From the NCBI GenBank assembly GCA_963847705.1, contig CAWKBC010000032.1, positions 384,001 through 448,000 of the forward strand: a DNA stretch of 64,000 nt, in the 5' to 3' direction. Origin of the DNA: an uncultured Pseudomonadota bacterium. GTDB taxonomy: Bacteria > Myxococcota_A > Polyangia > Fen-1088. The notes beneath the pieces are model-generated. The model was given only the letters and a program-made list of their open reading frames with translations. It was not told where the DNA came from and searched no databases. Positions 53,843 through 64,000 of the stretch are shown here, piece by piece (within the stretch, counting starts at the first letter, position 1; every line of letters begins with the position of its first letter). Position numbers and translations under genes: made by a program.

Positions 53843-54613
53843 ATGCTCTGTCCGAACTGCGGCGCGGAAGTCCCCACCGGCAATCGATTTTGCGGAAGCT
53901 GTGGCAACAAGATCGACGTCGCGCCCGCGCCCGCCAAGACCATGTTCTTCGGCGCCACCCAGCAGGCCCCCGGACGGGCCAAGCTGACCGTCATCAAGGG
54001 CGAGGGGACCGACGGGGTCACTTACCTCTTGAACGCGAACGAGCACATGGCCGGCCGCCTCGAGGGCGCCATCATGTTCCCCGATGACTCGCTGCTGTCG
54101 CCCCGGCATTGCAGCTTCATCTATCGTGACGGCAAGCTGCACGTCGTCGACGAAGGGTCCGTCAACGGCGTGTTCATCCGCATCAAGGCGCCGGTCGACC
54201 TCGTCCCCGGAGCGCTGTTCCTCATCGGCGAGCAGCTCCTGCAGATCGAGCCGTCGCCACCCGATCTCGGCCCGCAGCCGGACGCCGAGGGCACTTACTT
54301 TTACGCCAGCCCCAAGCGCCCATCGAAGATGAAGCTGATCCAGCGCCTGCGGGGCGGCGAGATCGGCATGATCTATCGTTCGCGCAACGACACCATCTCG
54401 ATCGGCCGCGAAGGGAACGACGTGAACTTCCTCGACGATCCGTTCATCTCGGGCAAGCACGCCCAGATCACGATGAACGCCGAAGGTCAGATCACCCTCA
54501 CCGATCTCGGATCGAAGAACGGCACCTTCGTCCGGATCACGGACGAGCTGACGCTCGACCACGGCGATCACGTCTTTCTGGGCCAGCAGCTCCTGCGCGT
54601 CGAAATCAGCTGA
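53843..54613 (+). CDS. Zinc-ribbon plus double FHA domain protein
   Basis: CPNCG...FCGSCG; two GR..S..H..NG FHA motifs. Confidence 0.9.
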   Translation: MLCPNCGAEVPTGNRFCGSCGNKIDVAPAPAKTMFFGATQQAPGRAKLTVIKGEGTDGVTYLLNANEHMAGRLEGAIMFPDDSLLSPRHCSFIYRDGKLHVVDEGSVNGVFIRIKAPVDLVPGALFLIGEQLLQIEPSPPDLGPQPDAEGTYFYASPKRPSKMKLIQRLRGGEIGMIYRSRNDTISIGREGNDVNFLDDPFISGKHAQITMNAEGQITLTDLGSKNGTFVRITDELTLDHGDHVFLGQQLLRVEIS

Positions 54614-54737
54614 GGTCGCCTGCGCGCCCCTTCTCCGGGGGCAGGATTTCCGGCTAAAAAGCTCGAGCGGCGCCCGCGGGACGAATTGACGATGGACGCC
54701 CGCCATGTTAGTTGCGATAGGTTTACGGGGGTCTCTG

Positions 54738-56002
54738 TGATTACCTGCAACCGCTGCGGCAAAGAAAACCAGGACCACTACAAGTTTTGCCTCGGCTGCG
54801 GTAGCGAGCTGGCCAGGCCGGTTGCCGCTCCGACGCCCCCCAGCATCGCGCCTTCGCAGGCCCCCTCCCAGGCTCAAGCCCCCCAGGTGTCAGACAGCCG
54901 CGATCCGGCCCTCGACCGGACCGTGCTCCCCCCCGCGACGATGGGCGCGTCCGTCGCGGGCGAGCTCCGCACGTCATCGCCAGCCGTTCCCAAGGCGCGC
55001 GGCGGCATTCCCTGGGGCGACTCGCCCAAGATGCCGGCGCCGATCCCGTTTCACCTGCCCCCCAACCCGCTCGCCTCTGCGACGCCGCCCCCGCGCGTGA
55101 CGTCGGGAGCGAACGGCGGCGCCATGGGTATTCCTGCCGACGCAACCCCCGCCCCGATGCGGGTGACGGGCGGTCCGGCACCCGCCGCCGCTGCTCCCGC
55201 CGCCGCGGGCAATGAAATCCCCTGCCCCACCTGCGGCAAGATGGTTCAGGCCGGCTTCGCCTTCTGCGGCGCTTGTGGCGGGCGCATCGGGCGACAACCC
55301 TCGAGCGCCGGCGCTGCGACGGGGCCCCGGACCATGTTCATGGCCGGCGCGACCGCCGCCGCCCCCGCCGCGGTTCCTCGGGGCCGGCTGATCTTGATTC
55401 GCCCGGACGGCTCCGAAGGGGGCGCCCATCCGCTGCATGAGGGCGAGAACATCATCGGTCGCGGGCAGGCTCCGCTGTTCGACGCCGACGCTTACCTCTC
55501 TCCGCGGCATGCCGAGCTCTCGGTGGGCCCCGAGGGGGTCACCATCCGCGACCTGCAGAGCCTCAACGGCGTCTTCCTGAAGATTTCCGGCGAGGAGGCG
55601 CTCGAGTCGGGCGACATCTTCCGGATCGGCCAGGAGCTCCTCCGTTTCGAGGTGATCTCGCCGCCCCAACCGCTCGAGGACGGGACCGAGATCATGGGGA
55701 CGCCGAACCCGGGATTCTGGGGCCGGCTCTCGGTCATCGTCGGGCGCGATGTCGACGGCTCCGCCTTTCCCCTGTTTGGCGAATCGATCGTGCTCGGCCG
55801 CGAGAGAGGCGACATTCTGTTTCCCGAGGACGGCTACGTGTCCGGGACCCACTCTCGCATCGCGCTCCACGACGAGCACGTCTATCTCTCGGACCTCGGC
55901 TCATCAAACGGGACGTTCCTGCGGCTGCGCCATGAGCGCACCGTCCCCACCGGCGCGTTCATGCTGATGGGTCAGCAGCTCTTTCGGCTCGAGTTTCGCT
56001 AG
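54738..56002 (+). CDS. Double zinc-ribbon, Pro-rich linker, double FHA domain protein
   Basis: CNRCG..FCLGCG, CPTCG..FCGACG; two FHA motifs; start approximate. Confidence 0.9.
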
Positions 56003-56024
56003 GCTTAGGGAGCGGGGTTCGCTC

Positions 56025-56070
56025 CGGTCGCTCTGGTCGAGCGCCTTCGGTCGCTCTGGTCGAGTGCCTT
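56025..56070. repeat. 23-bp intergenic direct repeat x2
   Basis: CGGTCGCTCTGGTCGAGYGCCTT twice, 1 mismatch. Confidence 0.8.
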
Positions 56071-56105
56071 GGTGAGCGGAGGCGGTTCGCCCCGCGCTCC
56101 GGCCC

Positions 56106-56534
56106 TTACTGCTTCTTCTCGACTTCGATCTTGCCGCCGGCCGGGCTCTTCTGGCCGCCGAAGAACGCCTGGCGGGTGTTGTCGCCGGAAGCGGGCTCGA
56201 CGTAGCGGAAGGCATCGGGAATCTTGAAGGTGCTCCCGTCGTCGAACATCACGGTGACGTCGACAGGACCCTTCTCGTTCGGCGGCGTCACCACGCGGAT
56301 CTTGCCGGTCGAGGCGATGGTGACGGTCTCGGACTTCTTGTGTCCGAACTTCACCTCGGCCTGAGTCTTCCCCGGCTGAAAGCCTCCGCCGTTGATGGAG
56401 ACCTCCTCGCCACCGGCGGTGGTCCCCTGCGGCGGTTCGATCGAATCAACTTTGAGCGGCCCGCCACCTTGCGTGCACGCCGCAATCGTAACGAACGCAG
56501 CCATGGAAAGGGCAAGACCGAGGACACGCTTCAT
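56106..56534 (-). CDS. IPT/TIG-domain lipoprotein
   Basis: IAAC lipobox; IEPPQGTTAGGEEVSINGGGF...VKFG...VVTPP...GPVDVTV. Confidence 0.85.
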   Translation of the reverse strand: MKRVLGLALSMAAFVTIAACTQGGGPLKVDSIEPPQGTTAGGEEVSINGGGFQPGKTQAEVKFGHKKSETVTIASTGKIRVVTPPNEKGPVDVTVMFDDGSTFKIPDAFRYVEPASGDNTRQAFFGGQKSPAGGKIEVEKKQ

Positions 56535-56701
56535 CGTGTGTTCGCCTCCGAGAGAGAAGGAAGCGACCATAGCCCCCGACGCCAGGTCGGTCAACAGATC
56601 ATCAACCGATCGTCAAGCGGCAGACTGCCCTTTCGGCCGAGCTTCGACCGCCAAAACCCAGGCGCAGCTGCGGGACCTTTTCGGGTCCCGCAGCCAAGAG
56701 C

Positions 56702-58288
56702 TCAGACTGACTCTCGCTTGGCCATCGCGCGCCGCATCTTGACCAGCGCCTGTTCCTGGAGCTGCCGTACCCGCTCGCGGGAGAGGCGGTACTCGTCGCC
56801 AATCTCCTTGAGCGTGCGCTCGCGGTCGTTCACCAGACCGAAGCGCTTGCGCAGGATGTCCGCCTCGATCGGCTTGAGCGAGGAGAGAAACTTGAGCATC
56901 TCGCTCTGTGTCTCCGTCGACGCCATCTGGTCGGGCACCGCCGGTCCCTCGTTGGGATCGACGAGCACGTCGATGAGGCGCCGTCCGTCCTCGTCCGAGA
57001 TTGGCCGATCGAGCGAGACCGGCGTCTCCGACAAGAAGGTCTTCATCTTCTCGAGCTTCTCGGCTTCGATTCCGGTGGCCGCCGCGATCTCCTGCGTGCT
57101 CGGCACCCGTTCGAGCTTGGATTGCAGCTCCCGCTGCGATTTCGCGATCCGGTGGTAGGCGTCGATCATGTGGACCGGCAGCCGAACCGCGCGCCCCTTG
57201 TCGGCCAGGGCGCGGCTGATCGCGTGGCGGATCCACCAGCTCGCGTAGGTCGAGAACCGGAAGCCGCGGCGATAGTCGTACCGCTCCACCGCCTTCATGA
57301 GGCCGATGTTCCCCTCCTGAATGAGGTCGGCGAGCGGCAGCCGGCCGTGGTTGAACCGCCGGGCGATCGACACCACCAACCGGAGGTTCGCCTTGACGAA
57401 CTCGTTCTTGGCCGCCTTGAGGCGAAATGCCTTGCCCCCGACCGCTTTCACGAAGTCGGAGAACGCCTTCGTCGAGGTCGAGAACGGAACCGTCCCTTCG
57501 AAGGGCAGCCCCTGGACCCCGCGACCGACCCGCTGAATCTCGGTCAGCGCCGCGTCCAGGAAGATCCGATCGATGTCCAGCACCCGCAGCTTGGTGGCGA
57601 GCGCGGTCGCCGTCTTCTCGAACCGACCCCGCTCAGGGATCGACGATTTGTGCCGTGCGCGCGCTGCCGCGGCCCGGTGAAGCTTCGCCTCGGGAAGCGG
57701 CTTGCCAACCTCTCGCTCCACCACGTCGAGGATCCAGTCGGTTCCAGGCGCGAATCCCAGGATCGTTTTCCAGAGCTGGAGCTCCATCTCCTCGATGTTC
57801 CGCGCCGTCTCGAACTCCTGCTCGGGACGCAGCACGTCCAGCTCCGCCATGTCGCGGAAGTACATCGCCAGGAAGCTGGCCGGCTCTTCGTCGCCACGAA
57901 CCTTTTTCTTGGCGCTGACGCTGACCTCGGGGGCCGCCTCCTCTTCCTCTTCTTCGTCTTCGTCCTCTTCGGCGTCCTCATCGACGGCGTCTGCGGCACG
58001 AACGTCGCCCGCCACCTCGTCGGTCTCGTCGGTCTCGATTTCGACGCCCGGGGTCGCGCCGAGCGTCCCCTCGACCTCGAGCTCGTCCGGTGACGGGTCC
58101 CCCACGGGCAGGCCCATCGCCTCGGCCGACAACGGCAACGTATCGTTGGCTGGGACGGGTCGCGCTGCGGGAACCTTGGCCTTGGCGTCCCGCGCTGGGC
58201 GGCGCCCCAATGTCGACGCGGGTTTGCGACCCGCCTCGGCCGGACGACCCTTGCGGGCCAGTTTCACTTTGATTCCTCGTGCGCTCAT
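56702..58288 (-). CDS. RpoD-like (group 2-type) sigma-70 factor
   Basis: Region 1.2 (YFRDM), NLRLVVSIA, DLIQEGNIGLMKAV, FSTYASWWIR, region 4 TLKEIG..YRLSRERVRQ; start may be 58303. Confidence 0.93.
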   Translation of the reverse strand: MSARGIKVKLARKGRPAEAGRKPASTLGRRPARDAKAKVPAARPVPANDTLPLSAEAMGLPVGDPSPDELEVEGTLGATPGVEIETDETDEVAGDVRAADAVDEDAEEDEDEEEEEEAAPEVSVSAKKKVRGDEEPASFLAMYFRDMAELDVLRPEQEFETARNIEEMELQLWKTILGFAPGTDWILDVVEREVGKPLPEAKLHRAAAARARHKSSIPERGRFEKTATALATKLRVLDIDRIFLDAALTEIQRVGRGVQGLPFEGTVPFSTSTKAFSDFVKAVGGKAFRLKAAKNEFVKANLRLVVSIARRFNHGRLPLADLIQEGNIGLMKAVERYDYRRGFRFSTYASWWIRHAISRALADKGRAVRLPVHMIDAYHRIAKSQRELQSKLERVPSTQEIAAATGIEAEKLEKMKTFLSETPVSLDRPISDEDGRRLIDVLVDPNEGPAVPDQMASTETQSEMLKFLSSLKPIEADILRKRFGLVNDRERTLKEIGDEYRLSRERVRQLQEQALVKMRRAMAKRESV

Positions 58289-58532
58289 TGTGCTCATCTC
58301 CATCGAGCCGCTTCGCGATCCAGACACCTTCGAACCCGTAAGGGGTATACGGACCTCGGCTGAAAAATATTCCGGGTCTGACCGCGCCACGCCTCGTAGA
58401 CTCTGATGCTTGCGCCGGGGCTTTGGTTGCAAGTTGCGCACGCCCGGGAAGATGGGGAGCGCTGACACAAGCACAATGGCCGCGCAACGGGATTTTCGAT
58501 GTGCCAGCGCGGCGCGTCAGAGAGGCGAAAAA

Positions 58533-60489
58533 TCAGCCTTCGTCTTCGCGCTTTTCCGCAACGATCAGCAGATTCCGGGAAGCGCTGCCAAAAAAGTCGC
58601 CGCGGGTCGCCAGCCCGCCTGAGACGTCAATCACCCGGAACCCGGCCTGACGCAAGAGCCGCCCGATCTCGTGCAGGCTGTAGGCGCGGACGGAGAGCTC
58701 CTGCTCCAGTTGCCGACCATCCTCGAAGACGATCGAGCGGTGGGTGTTGATCCGGCTGGTGTGGAAGTTGAAATCGACCTCCTCGAGAACCACGCACCCC
58801 GTCCCCTCCCACCAGACGCGGACCGGCAGATCGGCGACGACATAATCGCGATTCAGGATGTCGAGAAGGAGACGGCCCCCCGGCTTGAGGGCCCGCCCGA
58901 TCCGCTCGGCGACGCGCAGGTTGGTCTCTTCGTCGAAGTACCCGAAGGACGTCATCATCGAGTAGGCGCCGTCGAACTGCTTCTCGAACGCCATCTCGCG
59001 CATGTCGGCGTGGACGAAGTTCACTGACAACGCGCGCCGCTGGGCCTCGTCGGCGGCGCGGATCAGGAGCGGCAGGGAGAGATCGAGGCCGGTGACACTG
59101 AAGCCGCGCTGCACCAGCTCGATCGCGTGACGGCCATAGCCGCACCCCACGTCGAGGATCTCCGAGCCCGGCGCGGCCGTCAGCGCGTTCGAGATGAACT
59201 CGACCTCACGCAGCGTCTGATCGGCCCGCATGAAGGGGAGCGTGCGCAGGTAATCCTCGTCGAAGACCTCCTCGAACCAGGGCTTCGAGCGTTTCGGTCG
59301 GCGCGGCCGCTGCGAGAGAGCCTCGGGAAGGATCGGAAGCGCCGGGAGAAGGGGCCCATGGGCCCCCTCCTCCAAGGGAGGTGGCAGGGCCGGCTTCAGC
59401 TCGGGGCCCGGCGTCTTCTCGGGGCCCGGCTTCAGCTCGAGGCCCGGCGTCTTCTCGGGGCCCGGCGTCTTCTCGAGGCCCGGCGGCTTGAGGAAGCTGC
59501 CTGGAATCGGCGGAGGCGTCGGCGCTGGCGTCACGGCCGAACGTGGGGTTGGCGGGGGCGTCGGCGCGGAATCGGCCTCCAGGCTTGCCTCGGCGCCCTC
59601 CTCGACCTCCAGCTCATCGGTGCCCTGCAGATCGATATCGTTGTCGCCGGCAGGCACCGGAAGGGGCGCTCCGATTCTGGTTCGCCAGGTCTGAGGAGGC
59701 GGCGCTGCCGTCGCTCCCCATGGCCCGCACCGGCAACGCGCCTTCGACATCGGCGTTGGGCGTCACCACCGGGCCGGGGGTCGGAAGCGGAGGTGGCGTG
59801 GGGGCCACGGTGACCACCGGAGGGGGGGTCAGTTGCATCTCCTCGAGCGACGCCGGCGACGGCGTCTGCCTGGGCTGGGGCGGTGGCGCAGCCTTCGGCT
59901 CGGGCGGTGGCGTCGGGCCGATGAAAGCGACCTCGGGCGGTGGGGTCAGGGGCCCCGAATCGAGCGCACGGACCGCCGCTGCCTCGGCCGCCAGCGCAGA
60001 CGCCTCGCCGTCCACCGGCGCCGCGCCGAATGGGCTGTCGATTGGCGGCGGCGCCCCTGACGCCTGACCGGAAATGCCGCCGTCGACGAGATCGACGGGC
60101 GTGGCGCCCACCGGGGGAGGCTCCACCGGCAGTGGCGGCGGGGTCGGAGGGAGCGGCGGGGCAGCCTCGCGCTCGACCGCCGCCGGCTCGGCCAGTTCCG
60201 GCTCGGCCACCATCGGCAGGGAGAGAGAGACTCCAACCGCCGGTGTACCGCGCGGCTGGGTGATGGTCCGCCGCCGGACCGAGGGCGTCGAAAAGTCTCC
60301 GCTGGCGATTCCGATTGGTCCGCTGCGCTCGCGCGCGACCGCGGATCCCACGCGCGGGCGCCGCGCGCTGGCGGCGGCGGCGGCCAGCTTGGCGCTCTGG
60401 ATATCCTCTGACGTCGGCGCAGGCGTCGCCTCGTCATCACGGGAGGCGGTCGAGCGAAACGTCTCGTCGTGGGCTTTGGACACGACCAT
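58533..60489 (-). CDS. Class I SAM-dependent methyltransferase with long Pro-rich N-terminus, split by an apparent frameshift near 59660-59720
   Basis: ILDVGCGYGRH, GLDLS, ADMRE, TSFGYF, LKPGG; upstream ORF 59614-60489 is TGATG-coupled to psd. Confidence 0.8.
59389..59484. repeat. 18-bp coding tandem repeat (~5 copies)
   Basis: Encodes PGLEKT/PGPEKT/PGLELK/PGPELK. Confidence 0.8.
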
Positions 60490-61406
60490 CAGCCTCGCGG
60501 GATCGCGCGGATATCGTTGAAAGTCTCGTTCGACGCCCGGGAGCGCCCGATGCCGATGCCCATCTTCATCGCCTCGCCGGGGGCAAAGCTCTTGAGCTCC
60601 ACCCGCCCAGGCTCGAACACCACGATCGTCGTCGACCCGAGATGAAAGATCCCCAGCTCCTCGCCGCGGCGAATGGGCTTCGGCTCGTCATAGCGACGAT
60701 GGCGGACGGCCGCGCGCGAGAACCGGGGCCGGTGCGTGGCCACGTCTTCATCATACGCCACCGTCACGTGGCCGACACCGATTGCCGCTACCATGACGAC
60801 CGCGCAGAGGCCGCCGTCGTTCATCTCGATGAGGGTCACGAAGCGCTCGTTGCGGACGAAAAGGCCAGGCTCCGAGGCGACGCTCTTGGCGCCCACGGAG
60901 AACAGGCTGCCGGGGATGTGCCGCCACCCGATGACACGCCCTGCCACGGGCGAATGCACACGGTGATAGTCCTTGGGCGATAGATACGTGATGAGATAGG
61001 CGCCCCCCACCAGGCGCGCCGCGATCTCCTCGTCGCTCAGCAACTCGGTCAAATCAAACAGGCTCCCCTTCGCCTGGATCAACTTTCCGGCGGTGGCCAG
61101 ACCACACTCGACCACGATTCCGTCGGCCGGCGAGACGACCCCTCCCGGCTCGTCGGCGATGGGGCGCGCGCCGGCCCGCAGCCGGCGGGTGAAAAGCTCA
61201 TCGAAGTCGGCATAGTCCCCGAGCGGCTTCTCCGCTTCGTCGAGATCGATGCCGTAGGCGCGCGCGAACCGCGACAGCATCATGCCGCGGAGACCCCGGG
61301 GGAGACCGCGGCTTGCCCCCCAGCCAATAGCTCTCGACACGGCGCGTTTGGGGACGATCCGCCACATCGAGCGCCTGGCCCGGTCGCTGAAAGAGAGCCC
61401 ACCCAT
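60489..61406 (-). CDS. psd: Phosphatidylserine decarboxylase proenzyme
   Basis: FTRRLRAGARP, SPADG, YLSPKDYHRVHSP, RNER, FHLGST cleavage motif. Confidence 0.95.
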   Translation of the reverse strand: MGGLSFSDRARRSMWRIVPKRAVSRAIGWGASRGLPRGLRGMMLSRFARAYGIDLDEAEKPLGDYADFDELFTRRLRAGARPIADEPGGVVSPADGIVVECGLATAGKLIQAKGSLFDLTELLSDEEIAARLVGGAYLITYLSPKDYHRVHSPVAGRVIGWRHIPGSLFSVGAKSVASEPGLFVRNERFVTLIEMNDGGLCAVVMVAAIGVGHVTVAYDEDVATHRPRFSRAAVRHRRYDEPKPIRRGEELGIFHLGSTTIVVFEPGRVELKSFAPGEAMKMGIGIGRSRASNETFNDIRAIPRG

Positions 61407-61687
61407 GGGAGTTGCGGAGCGTTGGGGGCTTCCGCGGACCTCGAATCTTAGGGCAGCGTCAGTTCCCCGTCAAAGGCTAAGGGGCCCGTCCCCTCATTGG
61501 AAGCCCCCGGCAGCCCTCACATTTTCGGACCCTCGGCCCGTATCCCGATCCGACGGTCGATCGGAGGGCGGCTCTGCCGCCCGGAGACTTACATGCCGAG
61601 CGGGATCCGGACCCGGCTCTGGTCGCGTCGGGGTGGGCCCGTGGGAGGGGTGAGACCCCTCCCGCGAAGCGGAGCGCGAAGCGATTC

Positions 61688-63100
61688 TCAGTTGTCGAAG
61701 TAGAGGGCGAACTCGTAGGGGTGCGGGCGGAGGCGGATGGCGTCCACCTCGTTCTCGCGCTTGTAGTCGAGCCAGGTCGAGATGACGTCGGGCGTGAACA
61801 CGTCGCCCTTGAGCAGGAAGGCGTGGTCCTTTTCGAGCGCGTTCAACGCGGCGTCGAGCGAGCCGGGCGCCTTGGGAACGTCCTTCGACTCCTCGGGCGA
61901 CAGCGCGTAGATGTCCTTGTCGAGCGGCTTGCCCGGATCGATCTTGTTCTGGATGCCGTCGAGACCGGCCATCAGCATCGCGGCGAACGCGATGTAGGGG
62001 TTGGCGGTCGGGTCGGGGCAGCGGAACTCGAGCCGCTTCGCCTTCGGCGAGCTGCCACCGATGGGGATCCGGACCGACGCCGACCGGTTGCGCGACGAGT
62101 AAGCCAGGTTGACCGGCGCCTCGTAGCCCGGCACCAGACGTTTGTAGCTGTTGGTCCCCGGGTTGGTGATCGCACAGAGCGCCGGCGCGTGCTTGAGGAT
62201 GCCGCCGATGTAGTAGAGCGCCATGTCCGACAGGCCGGCGTACTTGTCGCCGGCGAACAGGTTCTTGTCGTCCTTCCAGATCGACTGGTGGCAGTGCATG
62301 CCCGAGCCGTTGTCTCCGAAGATCGGCTTCGGCATGAAGGTCGCGGTCCGCCCGTTGGCGCGCGCGACGTTCTTGACCACGTACTTGTACCACATGGTCC
62401 AGTCGGCCATCTTCTTGAGGCTGTTGAACCTCATCGACAGCTCGCACTGGCCGCCGGTGGCGACCTCGTGGTGGAACACCTCGACGGGGATCCCGACTGC
62501 CTCCAGCGTCATCGCCATGTCGGCGCGCAGATCGTGCAGCGTGTCCGTCGGCGGGACCGGGAAGTAGCCCCCCTTGTGCGGCGGCTTGTAGCCGAGGTTG
62601 GGCCCCTCTTCGCGATCGGTGTTCCAGCGTCCCTCGATCGAATCGACCATGTAGCTGGAACGGTTCGGACCCTCGGAGTAGCGAACCTCGTCGAACACGA
62701 AGAACTCGGGCTCGGGGCCGAAGTACGAGGTGTCGCCGATGCCGGTCGACTTCAGGTACGCCTCGGCCTTGGCCGCGATGGTGCGGGGATCGCGCGAGTA
62801 GGGCTGCTTGGTGATCGCGTCGACGATGTCGCAGGTGAGCGACAGCGTCGGCAGCTTGAAGAAGGGATCCATCACCGCCGAGCCCGCGTCGGGGATGAAG
62901 ATCATGTCGGAGGCGTGAATGGGCTGCCAGCCGCGGATCGAGCTGCCGTCGAAGAAGTAGCCGTCCTTGAAAACCTCCGCGCCGAGCTTTGAGATCGGCA
63001 TCGTCGTGTGCTGCCAGATCCCCAGAAGATCGACGAACTTGAAGTCGACCATCTTGGCGCCGCTCTGCTCGGCGAGTTTCAGTGCGTCAGCTGGAGTCAT
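61688..63100 (-). CDS. glnA: Glutamine synthetase type I
   Basis: [44 protein letters not shown]; adenylylation-site Tyr (KDIY). Confidence 0.98.
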   Translation of the reverse strand: MTPADALKLAEQSGAKMVDFKFVDLLGIWQHTTMPISKLGAEVFKDGYFFDGSSIRGWQPIHASDMIFIPDAGSAVMDPFFKLPTLSLTCDIVDAITKQPYSRDPRTIAAKAEAYLKSTGIGDTSYFGPEPEFFVFDEVRYSEGPNRSSYMVDSIEGRWNTDREEGPNLGYKPPHKGGYFPVPPTDTLHDLRADMAMTLEAVGIPVEVFHHEVATGGQCELSMRFNSLKKMADWTMWYKYVVKNVARANGRTATFMPKPIFGDNGSGMHCHQSIWKDDKNLFAGDKYAGLSDMALYYIGGILKHAPALCAITNPGTNSYKRLVPGYEAPVNLAYSSRNRSASVRIPIGGSSPKAKRLEFRCPDPTANPYIAFAAMLMAGLDGIQNKIDPGKPLDKDIYALSPEESKDVPKAPGSLDAALNALEKDHAFLLKGDVFTPDVISTWLDYKRENEVDAIRLRPHPYEFALYFDN

Positions 63101-63208
63101 TTCAGTTCCCCTGTTCCGTTGTGTGGTTGGTGGTTCCCGAAAATTCTCTGCTTCGTCCTGAAGCGCGCCGGCAGCGCCTTTTTTTTTGCGGCTTTTACAG
63201 GGCGCCTT

Positions 63209-63556
<348 letters not shown>

Positions 63557-63639
63557 CTAGCGCGGCAATGTTTCGAACCAGTTTCGCAACAGTTAAATCG
63601 TCGTAACCCTGGGCAGTCAAGCCGAAACGCCGCGCTCGA

Positions 63640-64000
63640 TCAGGCGGTTCGCAGGGCACCGACGAGCTCGCGCACGTCGCTGATTCCGTCGGCGCGGAGG
63701 CGCTCGGCGAGATCGCGGACGATGTGTCCCGAGGCGTCAGGATCGACGAAGCTTTGCGTCCCGATCTGCACGGTGCTGGCCCCGGCGAGGAAGAACTCGA
63801 TGGCGTCGGTGGCGTCCTGAATGCCGCCGATGCCGGAGATCGGCAGCGGCACGCCGGCCCGCTTCACCTGGTAGACCATCCGCAGCGCGATCGGCTTGAT
63901 GGCCGGGCCGGACAGGCCGCCGAAGATCGTGGCGATCTTCGGTTTTCGCGTGCGGGCGTCGATCGCCATCCCGGTGATCGTATTGATGATGGAGAGCCCG
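63640..64000 (-). CDS. pyrD: Dihydroorotate dehydrogenase family 1, C-terminal part
   Basis: INTITGMAID, GGLSGPAIKPIALRMV, GIGGI, AGASTVQIGT; starts outside the window. Confidence 0.93.
   Translation of the reverse strand, partial: GLSIINTITGMAIDARTRKPKIATIFGGLSGPAIKPIALRMVYQVKRAGVPLPISGIGGIQDATDAIEFFLAGASTVQIGTQSFVDPDASGHIVRDLAERLRADGISDVRELVGALRTA

Noticed and set aside
56025-56070. CRISPR array
   Set aside because: Only two adjacent 23-bp copies with no spacer and no cas genes

Overview
High-GC chromosomal window from a Myxococcota (Polyangia/Haliangium-like) genome, judged from the MYXO-CTERM tail, a CdbA-type RHH protein, Gly/Thr-rich lipoproteins, Hanks kinases and FHA proteins. The left ~35 kb is accessory-like. 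It holds an RND pump, an operon of outer-membrane barrel, blue-copper-motif protein and membrane Ser/Thr kinase, two divergent di-heme lipoproteins, an intact IS630, a sigma54 two-component locus with a secreted intradiol-dioxygenase-like lipoprotein, PadR-MFS, ion channels, a helicase, Tex, and a three-gene MYXO-CTERM module before tRNA-fMet. The right half is more core-like: cysQ-like, tldD/pmbA, dksA, cdbA, a degenerate glgA-like gene, an orphan sctP/sctQ-like pair, TPR-HEAT, two FHA proteins, a sigma70 factor, psd, glnA, glnB and pyrD. The best candidates for undescribed systems are the barrel/cupredoxin/kinase trans-envelope operon (2285-6566), the GPPP-rich sigma54 module (14595-18842) and the MYXO-CTERM plus four-His membrane protein module (30292-32445). 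Three apparent single-base frameshifts suggest indel errors in the assembly. All calls come from motif reading by eye; no database searches were run.
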